64,000 nucleotides of DNA, from the NCBI RefSeq assembly GCF_964204865.1, contig NC_135251.1, positions 12,896,001 through 12,960,000 of the forward strand, read 5' to 3'. A program made the position numbers and the translations under genes. The stretch comes from Styela clava. Taxonomy: Eukaryota. Numbering within the stretch: position 1 is the first letter of the stretch; each line of letters starts with the position of its first letter. Below, piece after piece: positions 61,831 to 64,000 of this stretch. The notes beneath the pieces were generated by a model, which made no database searches, was not told the origin of the DNA, and saw nothing but the letters and a program-made list of their open reading frames with translations.

Positions 61831-64000
61831 TCATTTATTTCGGTACTCTGACATAAAAACAAAACAACACAAAAACTGGACAAACAAACAAAATGCAGAG
61901 ATACCTGGAAGGCGAGCATAACACAAAATAAAGTTAAAAAACGTAAAAGTACGCGCCCGCCCACCAAAAAAAATAAAAAATATTACTACAAGAATACAAA
62001 AAACACGATTCAGAATCGGGCGAATGCTTTTTAAGGGATCTGTGGACAACTTACACAAAATATAACAAAATTTAGGTAGATAAATTAAATGTAATAGACT
62101 TCTGACGACCTCTTCCGTCCAATTATGGTAATCATCAGAATTTACCCCACATATCATACCTTATACATAAATGAAGTTGATTTTAAATATTTAACTCTGG
62201 GTCTGGAATTCTAGATTGTGTATTGCTAAATAAGTAAATAGCTGTAGGAAACATCTTGCTTTCAAATACATAAAAATATCACCATTCACCAATAATTTAT
62301 CAAATGTACAAACCATACCATTGCATACTGATAACTTTTATAAGTATAAGAAACCGCACATTTTCCTCCTAAACTTAACTGTTCCCCAATTCATTTTATT
62401 ACAGTATTATATGATATCATCACTCAATAGGGCAGAAGCGTGTTGTATTTCTTGGTATTTCAGTATTTATGCCGATTTTAGAATCGAGTCATTATATTTT
62501 TGAATAATGTTTTATTTATTTTTTGTGCCAAATAAATTCCAATGCCAAACAGAATTTTAGTATTTAAATTTTAGAATCGATAAAAAAACATGTATTTTGT
62601 ATTCAAAATATAATAATTCAACAACCTGACATCTGATTTTCCAGCAAGCTTAACGCAAAAACGTCTCGAATCCAATCAAAAACGATAAATGGAGTCAATT
62701 AACATTCTTTGACACATATCCGGATTGCAATCTTTTCTGCTATTTTTTGTGGAAGCTGCAGCTAAAATAGCCTAGGATTTTCAGGTCATTTCTTTTTAAA
62801 AAAAAGGTCTGTAAATACCACTTTTGGACAAAATCTTCAACTTTATTTTTCTGGATAGCGCTGACACAGTTTCGACAGGCGTTATGTCGGCCTCGGATAA
62901 TCCTTAATCAATAACCTTATACGTAGTGAGCAAGCGAGAAAACAAGATAGTTTTTTTTTCATTATTCACGAATATGATATACCAAATATAATATTTGGCA
63001 GGTGGCTTATAATCACATGCTATCGGAATCAGCTGTCGCGTAATGATATACCGCAATATCGTAACACGGTCAGTCAGGAAGAAACGGAAAACAAGTTCAG
63101 CGGTGCTGAGTGTTTATAGTTTATCATTAAAATATAACGTAATATTAAAGCCTTTATAAATTTGACAAGGCTACCTATTTCTTCCGTAGTAGAGTAGAAT
63201 AATATAAATTATTTTAGTTTTAATTCGGTTGAATAAGTAGCCAGGATGCAAAATGTTCATAGTTTATAAAATTGAATTAGATCAACGTGGAATTAGACGG
63301 TTGGGAGCACTGGCCACAAAATGGACTGTTGAAGGAGAAGCGTACGGCACCTGCAGTGGCATCCTCAGCAGTGATTTTGTTTATGAAATGCGATAAATCA
63401 ACCATTTGCAGACCTTTAGCATACAGCTGTAAGGTTAAGCCTTACCTACCATCTTTGAAGATGTCGAGAGGTCGCTTTGTCATGATTTATAGTTTGCAAC
63501 TTATCTTTACGCGCTTCAGTCATAAGCAGTTATCTGCTTTAAACAACTTTTCAATGCCTTTTTTTACACAGAAAAATAACATTTTTAATATCACTTTCAT
63601 CAAGAATACGTAGTTAGCTTTTAATCAGTTTCCTCCAAATATTTTATTTCCCACGTTTATTAATAAAAAGCTAATAAACTAAAGTAAAGGGATGAGATGC
63701 ATTACAGTCAATGCGCAGTCATTTAACTTCAAATGAATATAGTCATCGCTAATGCCCTAATGGTATCTAGTAAACACCTTTGCTTCTGGCACCCAAAGAA
63801 CTCTTTCGTAGAGTGATACCCGCTGTGTAAACCAGTATGTGTAATGCACTATCAGGTTCAACGCCTCTCCTGGAAAATTTGTTTAGTTTTTTTTTAGACA
63901 CGAGGTGAAACTATGAATCGCTTTGTGAATATTATGTTGTTTTTTTTGTTGGTAATTTTCTTCTTATTGTTGTGACAAAATTCCGGGCTTTTTGGGATTC

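Overview
AT-rich, intron-rich animal genomic DNA. An invertebrate chordate such as an ascidian is my inference, not demonstrated. There are no prokaryotic features, rRNA, CRISPR arrays or intact tRNA genes. Six spliced protein-coding genes were assembled by hand from GT-AG boundaries with consistent phases. On the + strand is a 5'-incomplete, divergent LBR/TM7SF2-type sterol reductase. On the - strand, five genes lie head-to-tail: DRAP1 (NC2-alpha with a very long C-terminus), WDPCP/Fritz, AACS, a Sulfotransfer_4-like membrane-anchored sulfotransferase and GOLGA5. Introns and intergenic DNA are dense with non-autonomous elements: a tRNA-derived SINE (about 8 pieces, two subfamilies), two related 8-bp-TSD MITE families with GG...CC ends (Merlin-like) carrying TTAGGG and YY1-like motifs, several hAT MITEs (two nested inside SINEs), a hAT transposase relic, an L2/Crack-like LINE 3' end, and a DINE-1/HINE-like Helentron element. 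The best leads are the eroded cofactor-pocket motifs of the sterol reductase and its proximity to AACS and the sulfotransferase (a possible sterol-modification neighbourhood, speculative), the expanded DRAP1, and the inverted MITE pairs inside pre-mRNAs.
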